Assembly (NCBI GenBank): GCA_965248455.1
Contig: OZ252105.1
Coordinates: 2,269,360 to 2,333,359, forward strand
Source of the DNA: Dehalococcoidia bacterium
GTDB lineage: Bacteria; Chloroflexota; Dehalococcoidia; Lucifugimonadales; Australimonadaceae
Direction: 5' to 3'
Length of the DNA: 64,000 nucleotides
Made by a program: the position numbers and the translations under genes. The stretch's first letter is position 1. The number at the start of each line of letters is the position of its first letter. Below the pieces are notes generated by a model. It saw nothing but the letters and a program-made list of their open reading frames with translations. It did no database searches and was not told the origin of the DNA. Below are positions 1 to 9,605 of the stretch, one piece after another.

Positions 1-1
1 G

Positions 2-187
2 GACGACCCGGCGTCCGGGCCGATGGACGTGGGCGGGTTGACGATGCACCTCCCGGCGACGCCCGGCAGGCAGCAGATGGACGGACGCCCCGCGTTCGCC
101 GGCGCGAACGACTACGTGTTCGGCGTGCTGCTGGGGCTCACGCCCGCAGAGCGGCAACGCCTGGAGGAGACCCGCGCTATCGCTTGA
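2..187 (+). CDS. C-terminal end of a CDS that starts upstream of the window (hypothetical; tail weakly resembles family III CoA-transferase C-termini)
   Basis: The frame is open from the window edge to TGA at 185-187 (...GANDYVFGVLLGLTPAERQRLEETRAIA*). It is absent from the ORF track because no start lies inside the window. The family guess is pattern memory only. Confidence 0.3.
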   Translation, partial: DDPASGPMDVGGLTMHLPATPGRQQMDGRPAFAGANDYVFGVLLGLTPAERQRLEETRAIA

Positions 188-219
188 TATTCCAGGCATA
201 TCGCTTGGAATATCAAGCG
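181..219. repeat. Perfect 14-bp inverted repeat hairpin (cgcttgatattcca N11 tggaatatcaagcg) at the breakpoint of the truncated IS481 copy
   Basis: Arms 181-194 and 206-219 are exact reverse complements. The region is locally AT-rich and overlaps the stop codon of the upstream CDS. Homology to the full IS481 copy begins only at about 244. Confidence 0.6.
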
Positions 220-243
220 TGGAGCACAAAAACTGTTTCTGTG

Positions 244-822
244 TACGAGCATGCCCGCCCCGGCGCGCTGGTCCACCTCGACATCAAGAAACTCGGCCGC
301 ATCCCGCAGGGTGGCGGCAAGCGCATCCTGCCCGGCTTCGCCGAGACCCGCAGTGGTCCTCAGCGCGGCCCCCGCCTCGGTTTCGACTTCCTCCACGTGG
401 CCGTGGATGACCACTCCCGCTATGCCTACGCCAAGGCCCTGCCGGACGAACGCGGCCCGACTGCTGCCGCCTTCCTTGTCCGGGCTCTGGCCCACTTCGA
501 GCGCCAGAGCATCGCCGTCGAGCGCATCCTGACCGACAACGGCGCCTGCTACGTGAGCCGCATCTTCACCGACACGGCGGCGGCCAGGAATATACGAGTG
601 AAGCGCACGCGGCCTTTCCGGCCTCAGACCAACGGCAAGGCGGAGGCGTTCAACAAGATCATGCAGGCCGAGTGGGCCTACCAGCGACCGTACTACTCCA
701 ACCGCGAGCGGCTCGACGCGCTGCCTGGGTTCCTCGCGTATTACAATCACCGGCGTCCACACGGCGGCATCGGCGGGGCTACTCCCGCCTCGCGCCTGTA
801 AACAACGTCCCTGGGAACTACA
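244..822 (+). mobile_element. IS481-family element, 5'-truncated copy (integrase-core part of the transposase plus terminal inverted repeat)
   Basis: ORF 184-801 matches the 311-aa transposase at 40343-41278 nearly residue for residue, from YEHARPGALVHLDIKKLGRIP to HGGIGGATPASRL. It lacks the N-terminal HTH third. The terminal repeat aacaacgtccctgggaactaca ends at 822 and is followed by tctagc. Confidence 0.85.
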
Positions 823-900
823 TCTAGCTAACCACCCCACTGCCTGCGCGACGTCGTCCCTGCGTTGAGCCGCATCCCGCATTCGGGAGGAGCAGAACGC

Positions 901-2725
901 CTAACGCGGGCCCTCGACACGCACCATGATGACGTCTACCCCGTGATACTTCTGGTGGCGCACTGAGGACGCGTAATGCCGCAACAGGCGGAACGATATC
1001 TCTCGGACGTCCGGTATGTCCGGCATCTCGCCCAGGTACGCCAGCCGATCCTCCAGATTCTCCTCTCCTGACGCCGCCACGAACTCCAACTCCGCCGCGC
1101 CGCCGTCGGAACGGGCGGTCACGATCAGGCGCTGCGCTTTGCCCGCTGTAGAGTCGTCGCCTTCATCCGATAGCAGGCCCGCCAGCGTCTCCTCCCCCAC
1201 CAAGGTCAGCCGCTGCGTCGACGCATCGTCCCAACTGGTTTTCGATGCGAACCCGCGCAGGAACTCGTCTATCCTCGGCAGCGCGGCGATGTCCAGCGCA
1301 ACCGCCAGACGCTTGCGACGTGGGCTCGCCAGCTCCATGAACATCATCATTATGATCGCGACGACAGCGCCCGCCGTCATGCCGTTGCCGAGCAACACGC
1401 TCAGAAATCCCTCTCCCAGCAGGTCTGGGAAGATCGCCTGATTTTGGAAGCCTACGCCTATCCAGAACGACAGTCCCACGACGGCGGCCTTCCGATGATC
1501 GACGCCGTCCTGGATGATGATCTTCATACCCTGCACAAAGAGCAGCCCCAATAGAACGATGACGTAGGCGGCGGCCACCGGGCCGGGAATAGCGATCAGC
1601 AAGGACGTAACCTTGGGGAAGAACGCCAGCACCGCGATGACGATGCCGATGACGACTCCCACTCGCCGCGCGCCGATCCCCGTGACCTCGGCAAGCGACA
1701 CACTGGTCGAGTAGGTCGTGTTGGGCAGCGTCCCTCCGATGCCGGAGAGCAGATTGCCCACGCCGTCAGCGTTGAGCGCGCCCTGCACGACCCGGAAATC
1801 GGTTGCCCTCGGCCTGCGTTGGGAGACGCGTTGAATGGCTACTCCATCGCCGATGGTTTCTATCGCGCCCACGATAGTAACCACGACGAATGCCGGCAGG
1901 AGCGCCCAGAACTCCACCCCGGGGGTCAGGTCGAATCCCGGCCATGCGCTCAGAGGGATGCCGACCCAGGACGCATCCAGCACCTGCTCCACGTCGTAGA
2001 GTCCGTAAAACGCAGCCACCACGCAACCTACCACTATGCCGATGAGCGGCGACCACAGCCGCCATGCGGGAGAGGCGCGCAACACGAGCGCCGCGACGGT
2101 AACCAAGGTAACCAGAGCCGCCGTCGGAGCAGCAGCCGACGACGTGCCGTCAGGCACATCCTTCAGGGTGTCGAATACGATGGGCGCCACCGTAACCGGT
2201 ATCAGCATGATCACGGTGCCGGAGACGACCGGCGTGAATATCCGGCGCAGCAGCGAGAGCCGCGCAGCCAGCACGAACTGAACTAGCGACGACACGACGA
2301 TGAGGCTCGCCATCGTGGGACGGGCCGCCCTCCACCAGGGCCGCGACGCAGACCGCGATGAACGCTCCTGACGTGCCCATCATCAGCACATGCCCAGCCC
2401 CAACCGGGCCGACCCGGACAGCCTGGAGGATGGTGGTGGCTCCGCAGACGAGCAACGCCGCAAAGACGGCCCACGACAGATAACTCTCCGGCTGCTCGGC
2501 AATCCGGGCCACAATGACCACGGTCAGAACCACCGGCGCCAGAATGATCATAGCGGCCTGAAAGCCAGCGCCGACGGCCACTAATGAGGGCGGCTTCTCG
2601 TCCGGTTCGTAGCGGATGTTCTCGTTCGTCTGTGCCACAGCCAACGGATTCACCTCCGGGTTCGGGAAACACATCCACCGCCTTGGCCTACAGCAAACGC
2701 TGCCCAGCACGATGGCAATGACCAC
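901..2725 (-). pseudogene. NCS2 (xanthine/uracil/purine) family permease with a C-terminal cytoplasmic extension, split by a 1-nt frameshift near 2311-2320
   Basis: ORF 2150-2725 gives a typical permease N-terminus up to GTSGAFIAVCVAALVEGGP. ORF 901-2313 continues with MASLIVVSSLVQFVLAARLSLLRRIFTPVVSGTVIMLIP. Removing one C from the sense-strand tccc run joins them as GGPSTMASLIVV. Confidence 0.75.
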
Positions 2726-2844
2726 GAAGTGTAGCAGGTGAAATTGTCGGTGGGAGAACCTAGCGAGAGGGTACGCTCAACGACAAGCAGGAGCGCGGTC
2801 GAGTCAGACCGGCTCCGCAGGGCTCGCTCGGCGGCGCAGGTCGT

Positions 2845-3906
2845 TCAGGGACCGAATCTGGCGAGCCAGGCCGGTATGACTTCCTTGTTGTAGACGTTGT
2901 TGGGAACCTCTCCCCGCAGAGCCGCGAGAACGGAATCCGTCGCCCACTTCACGCCCGGCCTCAGACCGCCGGTGCCTGCATTGGACGAGACCATGTGCGG
3001 CGAAAGCAGCACTTTGTCTCCGAGATCCTTCAGGCGGTTTTCCGACGGCAACGGCTCCTGCTCGAAAACGTCTACTCCAGCCGCGGCGATCTGGCCGGCT
3101 TCCAACGCGTCGACCAACGCGGCCTCGTCGACGACTCCGCCTCGGGACGTGTTGATAAGCACGGCGTTCGGCTTCATCATCGCCAACTCGTCGGCGCCGA
3201 CCATGCCGCGCGTCTCTTTCGTCAGGACGACATGGAACGTTACTACGTCGGACTGTGCCAGCAGAGTCTTCATATCGACGGGCTGAACGCCGCACTGCTC
3301 GAAATGATCCAGCGACACGTACGGGTCTACGCCTACCAGGCGCACCCGCCACGGGCGCAACAGCTCCGCGATACGCGTCCCGATGCGGCCCAGGCCGACG
3401 ATGCCGACGGTGATGCCTTCGTAGCCATCCCCGCGGCGACCGAGGTAGGTTCCCTGGTGGGCCTCGTTGCGCCAGCCGCCGGACTTCACCTGCTGGTCGC
3501 GCTCCCGGAGGCGCTTGAGCAACGCCAGCATGATGGCCATGGTGCCCTCGGCCACGCCGCCCCAGTTCGACTCCGTGGGAGCATGGGTCACCATGATGCC
3601 GAGCTCGGTCGCGGCGTCGACGTCTATGTCGTCGACGCCGATGGTGTACTTGGCGACGACGCGCAGATCAGGAGACGCTTCGAGGATGCTTCGGGTGATC
3701 GGTGAACTGCGTATGGAGGTGCCGATGAGGGCATGGGCGCCCTCGGCCAGCTTCACCATCTCCTCTTCGTTGTTGCCCTGAGGCGTCAGCCAGGAGGCGT
3801 CGCCCAAGACGAGCGAGCATCCCACTTCCTCGAGGGCTCGGTGCGATTCTCCGGTCTCGTCAGCCGGAGCGAAGATGAATACCTTGCGGGTGTCTTCAGT
3901 CATCAA
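2845..3906 (-). CDS. D-isomer-specific 2-hydroxyacid dehydrogenase family protein (NAD-binding)
   Basis: 353-aa ORF with the Rossmann motif GIVGLGRIGTRIAELL and the family-typical NTSRGGVVDEAAL and SPHMVSS segments. Confidence 0.85.
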   Translation of the reverse strand: MMTEDTRKVFIFAPADETGESHRALEEVGCSLVLGDASWLTPQGNNEEEMVKLAEGAHALIGTSIRSSPITRSILEASPDLRVVAKYTIGVDDIDVDAATELGIMVTHAPTESNWGGVAEGTMAIMLALLKRLRERDQQVKSGGWRNEAHQGTYLGRRGDGYEGITVGIVGLGRIGTRIAELLRPWRVRLVGVDPYVSLDHFEQCGVQPVDMKTLLAQSDVVTFHVVLTKETRGMVGADELAMMKPNAVLINTSRGGVVDEAALVDALEAGQIAAAGVDVFEQEPLPSENRLKDLGDKVLLSPHMVSSNAGTGGLRPGVKWATDSVLAALRGEVPNNVYNKEVIPAWLARFGP

Positions 3907-3938
3907 ATCTTCCTCAGCCGCTCGACTGCGGCAGGCGC

Positions 3939-5720
3939 TTAGCCGCCGTAGTTCACGCGAACCACGACCACGGCGATCGTCGATTGTTCTTTCATCACGT
4001 TGTACGCGCGCTCCAACGCAGGGCCGAGGTCAGCGCCGTCTTCGACGGGGCCTTCGACGTACGCGCCCTGAGCTGCTGCGAGCGAGGGGAGGTCGATCCT
4101 GGGGGCCTTGATGTCGACGGCGATGTCCGCGCGGGCCGTCGAACGACCACGATGCTCCGACGTCCACGAGACGTGTCCGCCTTCGCCGACGTAACCTCCG
4201 TTGTCGAGCACGACGACGAGCATGGGAATCTTGTGGTGAACCGCCGTCCAGACGGTGGTCGGCACGTACAACATGTCACCGTCGCCATTGAAGGAGACGC
4301 CGAACCCGCCCTCCTGCTTCGCGGCAAGCGCGGAGCCGACGGACTTGGGGAGGCTCGTGCCGAGGGCAGCGGCGCCGCCCGCTCCCATGACGGAGCCGGG
4401 CCTGTCCATGGTCCAGATGCGGCGCGGCCAGCCAGCCGAGCCGCCGGCGAACACCCACTTGTCCTTCTCGATGAGCTTCCATAGCTCCGCCGAGATGCGC
4501 GCGTGGTTGATCCCCGAGCCCGCGTACACGGCGTCGAGCTCCTCTTTCCAAGACGCCTGTGCTTCTGCGCGGGACGCTTCTACCGTGGCGATCCGGCTGG
4601 CCTTGCGAGCCTCGGAGCCGGGGTCTGCCGCCATCGCTGCGTTCAGGTCCTCCGTCAGCTGAGGGATGGCAAGGCTGGTGTCTCCGAGGATGGATATCTC
4701 CTTCGGGTAGAGCTTGCCGAAATCCATGATGGTGCTGCGGATCCACACCTCGGACGTACCGATCGAGGCGACCTTGGCGTTCTCCTGGATGCGGCTCCAC
4801 GTCTCTCGGGTATAGCGGTTACGGTCCACCAGCACGTTCTCGGCTTGATCCGTCTCCAACAGCAGGATGAAGTCAGCCTTGAGCAGAAGGTCGGTGTCGG
4901 TCGCATCGAGGTGGTTCGTGTTCGGGAAGTTGAGCGATCCGCCGGCATCGACGACGGGGATGCCGCCAGCCTCCGCCAGCTCCACCAGCGCGCCAACCGC
5001 GTCGCGGTTCTTGCCGACGCGCCCAGCGACGATGAGGGGAAGCTCAGCGTCGTTCAGCATCTGCGCGACCCGCCGCAGCGCGTCCGGATCCGCCATCATG
5101 CGGGTTGGGGGGTCGAACAGCGAAACGTCGGGGATCGGGATGGGGTTGTCGAGCTTCGCTTCCTGCCACCCGGCGTCGAGCGTGATGTAGACGGGGCCCT
5201 TCGGCTCCGTCATGGCCACGCGGTACGCGCGCATGAAGGACTCAGGCACGCTCAGCGGGTCGTGGGGCTGGTCGTCCCACTTCACGTAGTCTCGAACGAG
5301 GTTGCCTTGGACGAGGGCCGTATGCACCCAATCGATCCACGGACGGCGTCCCTGGAGGCTCATCGGGCCGGTGCCGCTCATTATGATCATCGGGGCGCGG
5401 CCCGCGTAGGCGTCGTAGATGGCCATGGCTGCGTGGAGCGTCCCCACGACGTTGTGTACGAGAGCGACGAGCGGGCGATCGGTTACGCGCGCGTAGCCGT
5501 GGGCGATCGAAACGGCGATCTCCTCGTGCAGGCACTCGATGACCTCCGGGTTGTTCTCTCCGAAGGTAACCAGGGAGTCGAGCAGGCCACGGAACGTCGC
5601 GCCGAGGTTCGTCGGCGCATAGTCGATGTGGTAGGCCTGCATCATCTCGACAACCACATCGGAGCCCCATTCCGCTCTTCCGATGGTCGCTCCGTCTCGT
5701 GATGGTGGTCGGTTTGTCAT
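3939..5720 (-). CDS. Thiamine-pyrophosphate-dependent enzyme (acetolactate-synthase-like superfamily; substrate unknown)
   Basis: 593-aa ORF with the three-domain length typical of the family and the TPP-binding motif GDGDMLY...VVLDNGGY near the C-terminus. Confidence 0.85.
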   Translation of the reverse strand: MTNRPPSRDGATIGRAEWGSDVVVEMMQAYHIDYAPTNLGATFRGLLDSLVTFGENNPEVIECLHEEIAVSIAHGYARVTDRPLVALVHNVVGTLHAAMAIYDAYAGRAPMIIMSGTGPMSLQGRRPWIDWVHTALVQGNLVRDYVKWDDQPHDPLSVPESFMRAYRVAMTEPKGPVYITLDAGWQEAKLDNPIPIPDVSLFDPPTRMMADPDALRRVAQMLNDAELPLIVAGRVGKNRDAVGALVELAEAGGIPVVDAGGSLNFPNTNHLDATDTDLLLKADFILLLETDQAENVLVDRNRYTRETWSRIQENAKVASIGTSEVWIRSTIMDFGKLYPKEISILGDTSLAIPQLTEDLNAAMAADPGSEARKASRIATVEASRAEAQASWKEELDAVYAGSGINHARISAELWKLIEKDKWVFAGGSAGWPRRIWTMDRPGSVMGAGGAAALGTSLPKSVGSALAAKQEGGFGVSFNGDGDMLYVPTTVWTAVHHKIPMLVVVLDNGGYVGEGGHVSWTSEHRGRSTARADIAVDIKAPRIDLPSLAAAQGAYVEGPVEDGADLGPALERAYNVMKEQSTIAVVVVRVNYGG

Positions 5721-5746
5721 CTTGTTGTCCTTAGAGGAGAAGGTTG

Positions 5747-6832
5747 TTAGGAAGCGATCGGCGCGACCTGGATGCCGTAGAGACGCTCGGCGTTCTCATA
5801 CAGCAGCTTGCGGAGGGTGTCCTCCGGCAGGTGCCCCAGGGTGTCTTCGATCACCTGAACCGAGTTGGGCCACGTCGTGTTCTCGTGAGGGAAGTCGTTG
5901 GACCACATGCAGTTGTCCTGACCCCAGAACCTGAACGATTGGCCCGCGACGGCGTCCTTGAAGAAGGTGGCGTAGCCCTGCCGGTCGAAGTACTCGCTGG
6001 GGCGCATCGTTATCGGCATCGGGTTACGTGTCTTGAAGCGGTTGTAGTAGTAGTCCCACTGCTGAAGCATGAACGGAATCCAGCCCGCCTCGTTCTCCAC
6101 GATGACGACCTTCAGCTTGGGGAACCGCTCCAGAGCGCCCGAGAAGATAAGCTCCAGCACCGCGTTGGCGACCTCGTAGTGCTTGGTGTTGACGCTGTTC
6201 TTGTAGCTATCGGTGCCTTCAAGCTTCTCGCCGCGGGCAATCCGTTCGAACTGCTCTTTGCTGTAGCCGTGGCCGGTCAGGATGTGGAGGCTCACGGGCA
6301 TCTCCAACGCCTCAGCAGCCTCCCACAGCGGATCGTAGTGCCCGCTCTTGAACGGCAGGTCAGGCCGGGGCGTCTGCCATACCAACGCGCCGCGCAAGCC
6401 TGCCTTGTGCGACCGTTCGAGCTCGGCGACCGCTGTCTTGATGTCGTGGGTGGCGATCATGCCGACGCCGAGCAAGCGGTCAGGCGCGACGGCGCAGTAG
6501 TCGGCAATCCAGTCGTTGTAGACCTCGAAGCAGGCCACCTGCATCTTGGGGTCATCGAGCGCGAAGAGGCCCAGCCCAAGCGTCGGGTACAGCACCTCGG
6601 CGCTGACATTGTCCTGGGCCATCTCCTTCTGGCGCTCGTGCGGATCCCAACCGCCGGCTTGCGACTGGAACCCTTCTCCCACCTTATGAGGCGGGAAGAC
6701 GGGTGCTTCGGCTCTCATGGTCACCGGAACCCCGTTCTTCCAGAGGTCGACCGGCTCCATCACATGGGAGTCCGCAGAGAACAACACTTTAGTTCCGACG
6801 TTGACGGATGCAGTAGCCATAGAGTCCTCCAT
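5747..6832 (-). CDS. Amidohydrolase-2 family metal-dependent hydrolase (ACMSD-like)
   Basis: 361-aa ORF with N-terminal DSHVMEP, C-terminal WSNDFPH and family-typical length. Confidence 0.8.
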   Translation of the reverse strand: MEDSMATASVNVGTKVLFSADSHVMEPVDLWKNGVPVTMRAEAPVFPPHKVGEGFQSQAGGWDPHERQKEMAQDNVSAEVLYPTLGLGLFALDDPKMQVACFEVYNDWIADYCAVAPDRLLGVGMIATHDIKTAVAELERSHKAGLRGALVWQTPRPDLPFKSGHYDPLWEAAEALEMPVSLHILTGHGYSKEQFERIARGEKLEGTDSYKNSVNTKHYEVANAVLELIFSGALERFPKLKVVIVENEAGWIPFMLQQWDYYYNRFKTRNPMPITMRPSEYFDRQGYATFFKDAVAGQSFRFWGQDNCMWSNDFPHENTTWPNSVQVIEDTLGHLPEDTLRKLLYENAERLYGIQVAPIAS

Positions 6833-6858
6833 AGAGAGGCAAAGTAGAGGGAAATTGA

Positions 6859-6887
6859 TGAATACACCTTGTGCGAAGGCGTGTCAA
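6859..6887 (-). promoter_or_regulatory. Sigma-70-like promoter for the 6832->901 gene string
   Basis: On the minus strand, TTGACA (6887-6882) is followed by a 17-nt spacer and TATTCA (6864-6859). This lies about 27 nt upstream of the ATG at 6832, which is preceded by GGAGGA. The intergenic stretch is AT-richer. Confidence 0.4.
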
Positions 6888-7019
6888 GGAAAGCAGAGCG
6901 AATCGTGCATCTTTGCCGAAAACAGCGGCGATTGCCGTTGCGCTGCTCGACATGAACGACGAAAGGCGGTTTGGCGTAACGGGGCTGCCCAACCTTCCCC
7001 CGGTGGGCCAAGAGCGACG

Positions 7020-8198
7020 CTATTCGCCGGTCTCAGGCAGCCAGCCCCAAGGGAACGGGCCATAGTCGACGGCGTGCTGCGTGCCGCCCTTGAACGTCAG
7101 CACCGGCTGAAGCGCCTGCTCGCCCATGAGCGTTACTCTCTCTGAATCGTTGTAGCGCCATCTGCCCTGGACAGCGTCCAGAATCGTCACGTCGGCAGCT
7201 GTGCCCTCCGCCAGCGAGCCCAGCTCCGCCTCCTGCCCGATCATGCGCGCGGGGGCCAGCGTGCTCATCCGAATCACCTCCTGAAGCGAGAAGCCCAACG
7301 CCAGGAACTTGCCCATCGTGTGGGTCATCGACTTCACGATGTCGCGGCCCGGCCTGGTGATGTCCGTGCTGATGCTGGCAGGCGCGATGTCCTGGTCGAG
7401 CATCCGCTTGGCGACCTCGAAGCTGAGGTTCCAGCGACCGTGCGCGGGATCGAACAGCACGCCCCGCTCCTTGGCGTCGATAAGCTCCGGCAGCACTCGA
7501 TTCGCATCGTCGATGGCCTTGCCGGGATGCCCGGTGTAGAGGTGCGTGAGCAGGTCGTTCGGACGCAGCAGCGGGAGCAGCTGGCGGGTGATCGTAGGGT
7601 CGGAGGTGGACTGGGGGTCGCCGATATGCACCATCAGCCGCACGCCGCCCTCCTGGGCAGCCGTCAGCGCAGACTTGATATAGTCGATGCCCATCGCGTC
7701 CACGGCGGGCCCGCACGCGCGGATCTTCACACCGATGATCTCTCCACGGTGAGCGTTGATCATGGCGATCGTATCGTCGAGGAGGATGTCGTTTTCATCG
7801 CGCGCCTCGGGCATGAACGCGAGGCCGGCCTTGGCGATATGGATGTTGGTGAGCACACGGGTTACGGCGCGTTGGATGACGAGGTGGTGAAAGCCGTTGT
7901 AGTTGGAGCTGCCGGCGCTGCCAGCGTCGACGATGGTCGTGACGCCGGAGAGGACACCGGCCAGATCAGGGTCGAGCCCGTTGCTTGAGCCGTGCTCGAA
8001 GATGTGAGCGTGGACGTCGATCAGACCGGGGACGACGAGCTTGCCGCGCGCGTCCACCCAGCGCTCCGCCTCCGACGCGTCGATGTCTGCCGCCACCCTC
8101 GCGATGCGCCCGCCCTGGAACGCGACATCAAGGGTCGCGTCGGTATCCGAGGCAGGGTCGATGACCCGGCCACCCTTAATCAGCACGTCGTAGGCCAT
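7020..8198 (-). CDS. Amidohydrolase/deacetylase family metallohydrolase (dihydroorotase-like fold)
   Basis: 392-aa ORF with the metal-binding PGLIDVHAHIF motif and family-typical length and layout. Confidence 0.8.
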   Translation of the reverse strand: MAYDVLIKGGRVIDPASDTDATLDVAFQGGRIARVAADIDASEAERWVDARGKLVVPGLIDVHAHIFEHGSSNGLDPDLAGVLSGVTTIVDAGSAGSSNYNGFHHLVIQRAVTRVLTNIHIAKAGLAFMPEARDENDILLDDTIAMINAHRGEIIGVKIRACGPAVDAMGIDYIKSALTAAQEGGVRLMVHIGDPQSTSDPTITRQLLPLLRPNDLLTHLYTGHPGKAIDDANRVLPELIDAKERGVLFDPAHGRWNLSFEVAKRMLDQDIAPASISTDITRPGRDIVKSMTHTMGKFLALGFSLQEVIRMSTLAPARMIGQEAELGSLAEGTAADVTILDAVQGRWRYNDSERVTLMGEQALQPVLTFKGGTQHAVDYGPFPWGWLPETGE

Positions 8199-8319
8199 GG
8201 CTCCCTCCGGAGCGCCTCCACTGAGGCGTACGTCTCGCCGCGACGGTACCCCCGTCGCGCCCGTCTGGCAAGCGAGGGCACGCGTCGGTCACGCACTACG
8301 ACGGCGAACCGATCATACG

Positions 8320-8712
8320 CTACGAGGTCGAGGGCCAGCCGGAGCGTTCCGTGAGGGGTTCGCCAACCACCTCCTGGCCGGACGACGCGGGGCGGCTCGC
8401 GTTCGGCGGTGGCCAGTTCAACGCTTTCTCCAGGTTGGAGAGGTATTCGGCGAAGGCGCGACGTCCCGTCGGCGTCGCCTGTACCCACGTGCGCGGCTTG
8501 GCCTCCAGGAACTCTTTCGCGATAACCAGATAACCGGCGTCTTCGAGCTTCCGCAGATGAGTGGTCAGATTGCCGCCGGTGAGGTCGAGCGTCGTCTGAA
8601 TGAATCCGTAGGCGAGCCGATCCGTCTCAGGCTGGGAGACCAGCATAGTCATTATTCGCAGTCGGGTGGACTGGTGGATGGTCTCGTTGAGGGCAATGGC
8701 CTCGTAGGTCAT
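8320..8712 (-). CDS. Winged-helix transcriptional regulator (ArsR/MarR-like, HTH_34-type)
   Basis: 130-aa ORF. The segment STRLRIMTML...LTGGNLTTHLRKLEDAGYLVI...PRTWVQATPTGRRAF is a classic wHTH pattern. It is paired with an upstream membrane-protein gene. Confidence 0.7.
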   Translation of the reverse strand: MTYEAIALNETIHQSTRLRIMTMLVSQPETDRLAYGFIQTTLDLTGGNLTTHLRKLEDAGYLVIAKEFLEAKPRTWVQATPTGRRAFAEYLSNLEKALNWPPPNASRPASSGQEVVGEPLTERSGWPSTS

Positions 8713-8824
8713 AGGGCTCCGCTCTTATGTATCCACGCCACGCCCAGGACCACCCTATCGGTGGCGCCGTAGTCGCAGCTGGATGGACTGTGGATGCTCT
8801 TGTTGAGGACGATGGGTTCATCGG

Positions 8825-9484
8825 TCAATGGACCTCGCTCTTGCGTATCCTCCACGCACCTAGAACCACCACTACCAGCATCAATGCCGCCGACACCAAC
8901 ATAGCCTCGTAGCCGTCCACGAGGTAGTTGGGAATGTAGAACGCTGCCGCGAACCCCGCGCCCACCGCCGCCAACACCGGACGGTGCATGATGCCGAGCA
9001 GGATGTATGCCAGGGACAGTATGCCCAAGGTGACGCCCGGTATCTTGTCCCCGTCTTCCGCATTCCACATTCCCACTGCCGCCGGAATGAGGAACATCGC
9101 TACAACCACCGCGAGCCAGTAGAGGAACACCCGAATGCCAGCGCTACGAGCGGCGGCGCCGGCTGCGATCTTCCTGCCGGCGCGGCGTCCGATGAACCCG
9201 CTTCCCACCATACCCGGCACCATCAGGATGCCCCACAGCACCCCGAAAATCCACGGACTGCGCTCCGCGAATTCGGATGCCAGCGTCAGGATGGCGTACT
9301 GCGAGCCGACTCCCACCGAGGCTATCGCGGCCCAAAGTAACATTATCGTCGCCGTTCCGGCGACATACATGGAGCTCCGCGCCCTGTCCATCGTCTCGTG
9401 GATGTCACGCCAGCTCTCTTCGGGTGTGCCCGCCCCCATCTCACCGCCCGATATGTCCATCGCGCACCTCCTCCTTGTCGCCAT
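8825..9484 (-). CDS. Integral membrane protein (about 5-6 TM segments), function unknown
   Basis: 219-aa ORF with repeated hydrophobic segments. It is the first gene of a two-gene unit with the wHTH regulator. Confidence 0.6.
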   Translation of the reverse strand: MATRRRCAMDISGGEMGAGTPEESWRDIHETMDRARSSMYVAGTATIMLLWAAIASVGVGSQYAILTLASEFAERSPWIFGVLWGILMVPGMVGSGFIGRRAGRKIAAGAAARSAGIRVFLYWLAVVVAMFLIPAAVGMWNAEDGDKIPGVTLGILSLAYILLGIMHRPVLAAVGAGFAAAFYIPNYLVDGYEAMLVSAALMLVVVVLGAWRIRKSEVH

Positions 9485-9505
9485 GTGGCCGTTAGTACGT
9501 CGATA

Positions 9506-9558
9506 GGTTTGCTATGCAAACCATAGAATACTGTATTACAAAGTAGTTTGCAATACAG
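9506..9558. promoter_or_regulatory. Two adjacent palindromic operator candidates in an AT-rich divergent promoter region
   Basis: GGTTTGC-TAT-GCAAACC (9506-9522) is a perfect 7-3-7 palindrome. CTGTATTACAAA-GTAG-TTTGCAATACAG (9531-9558) matches 11 of 12 positions. Both share a TTTGC/GCAAA half-site. Confidence 0.5.
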
Positions 9559-9566
9559 ACTAAACT

Positions 9567-9596
9567 CGACACAAGACGGGGCGGGAAAAGTACAAT
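9567..9596 (+). promoter_or_regulatory. Sigma-70-like promoter placed for a near-leaderless transcript of the small ORF at 9606
   Basis: TCGACA (9567-9572), an 18-nt spacer, then TACAAT (9591-9596). The ATG at 9606 lies 9 nt after the -10 hexamer, with no Shine-Dalgarno sequence. Confidence 0.35.
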
Positions 9597-9605
9597 AGCC
9601 GGGAT

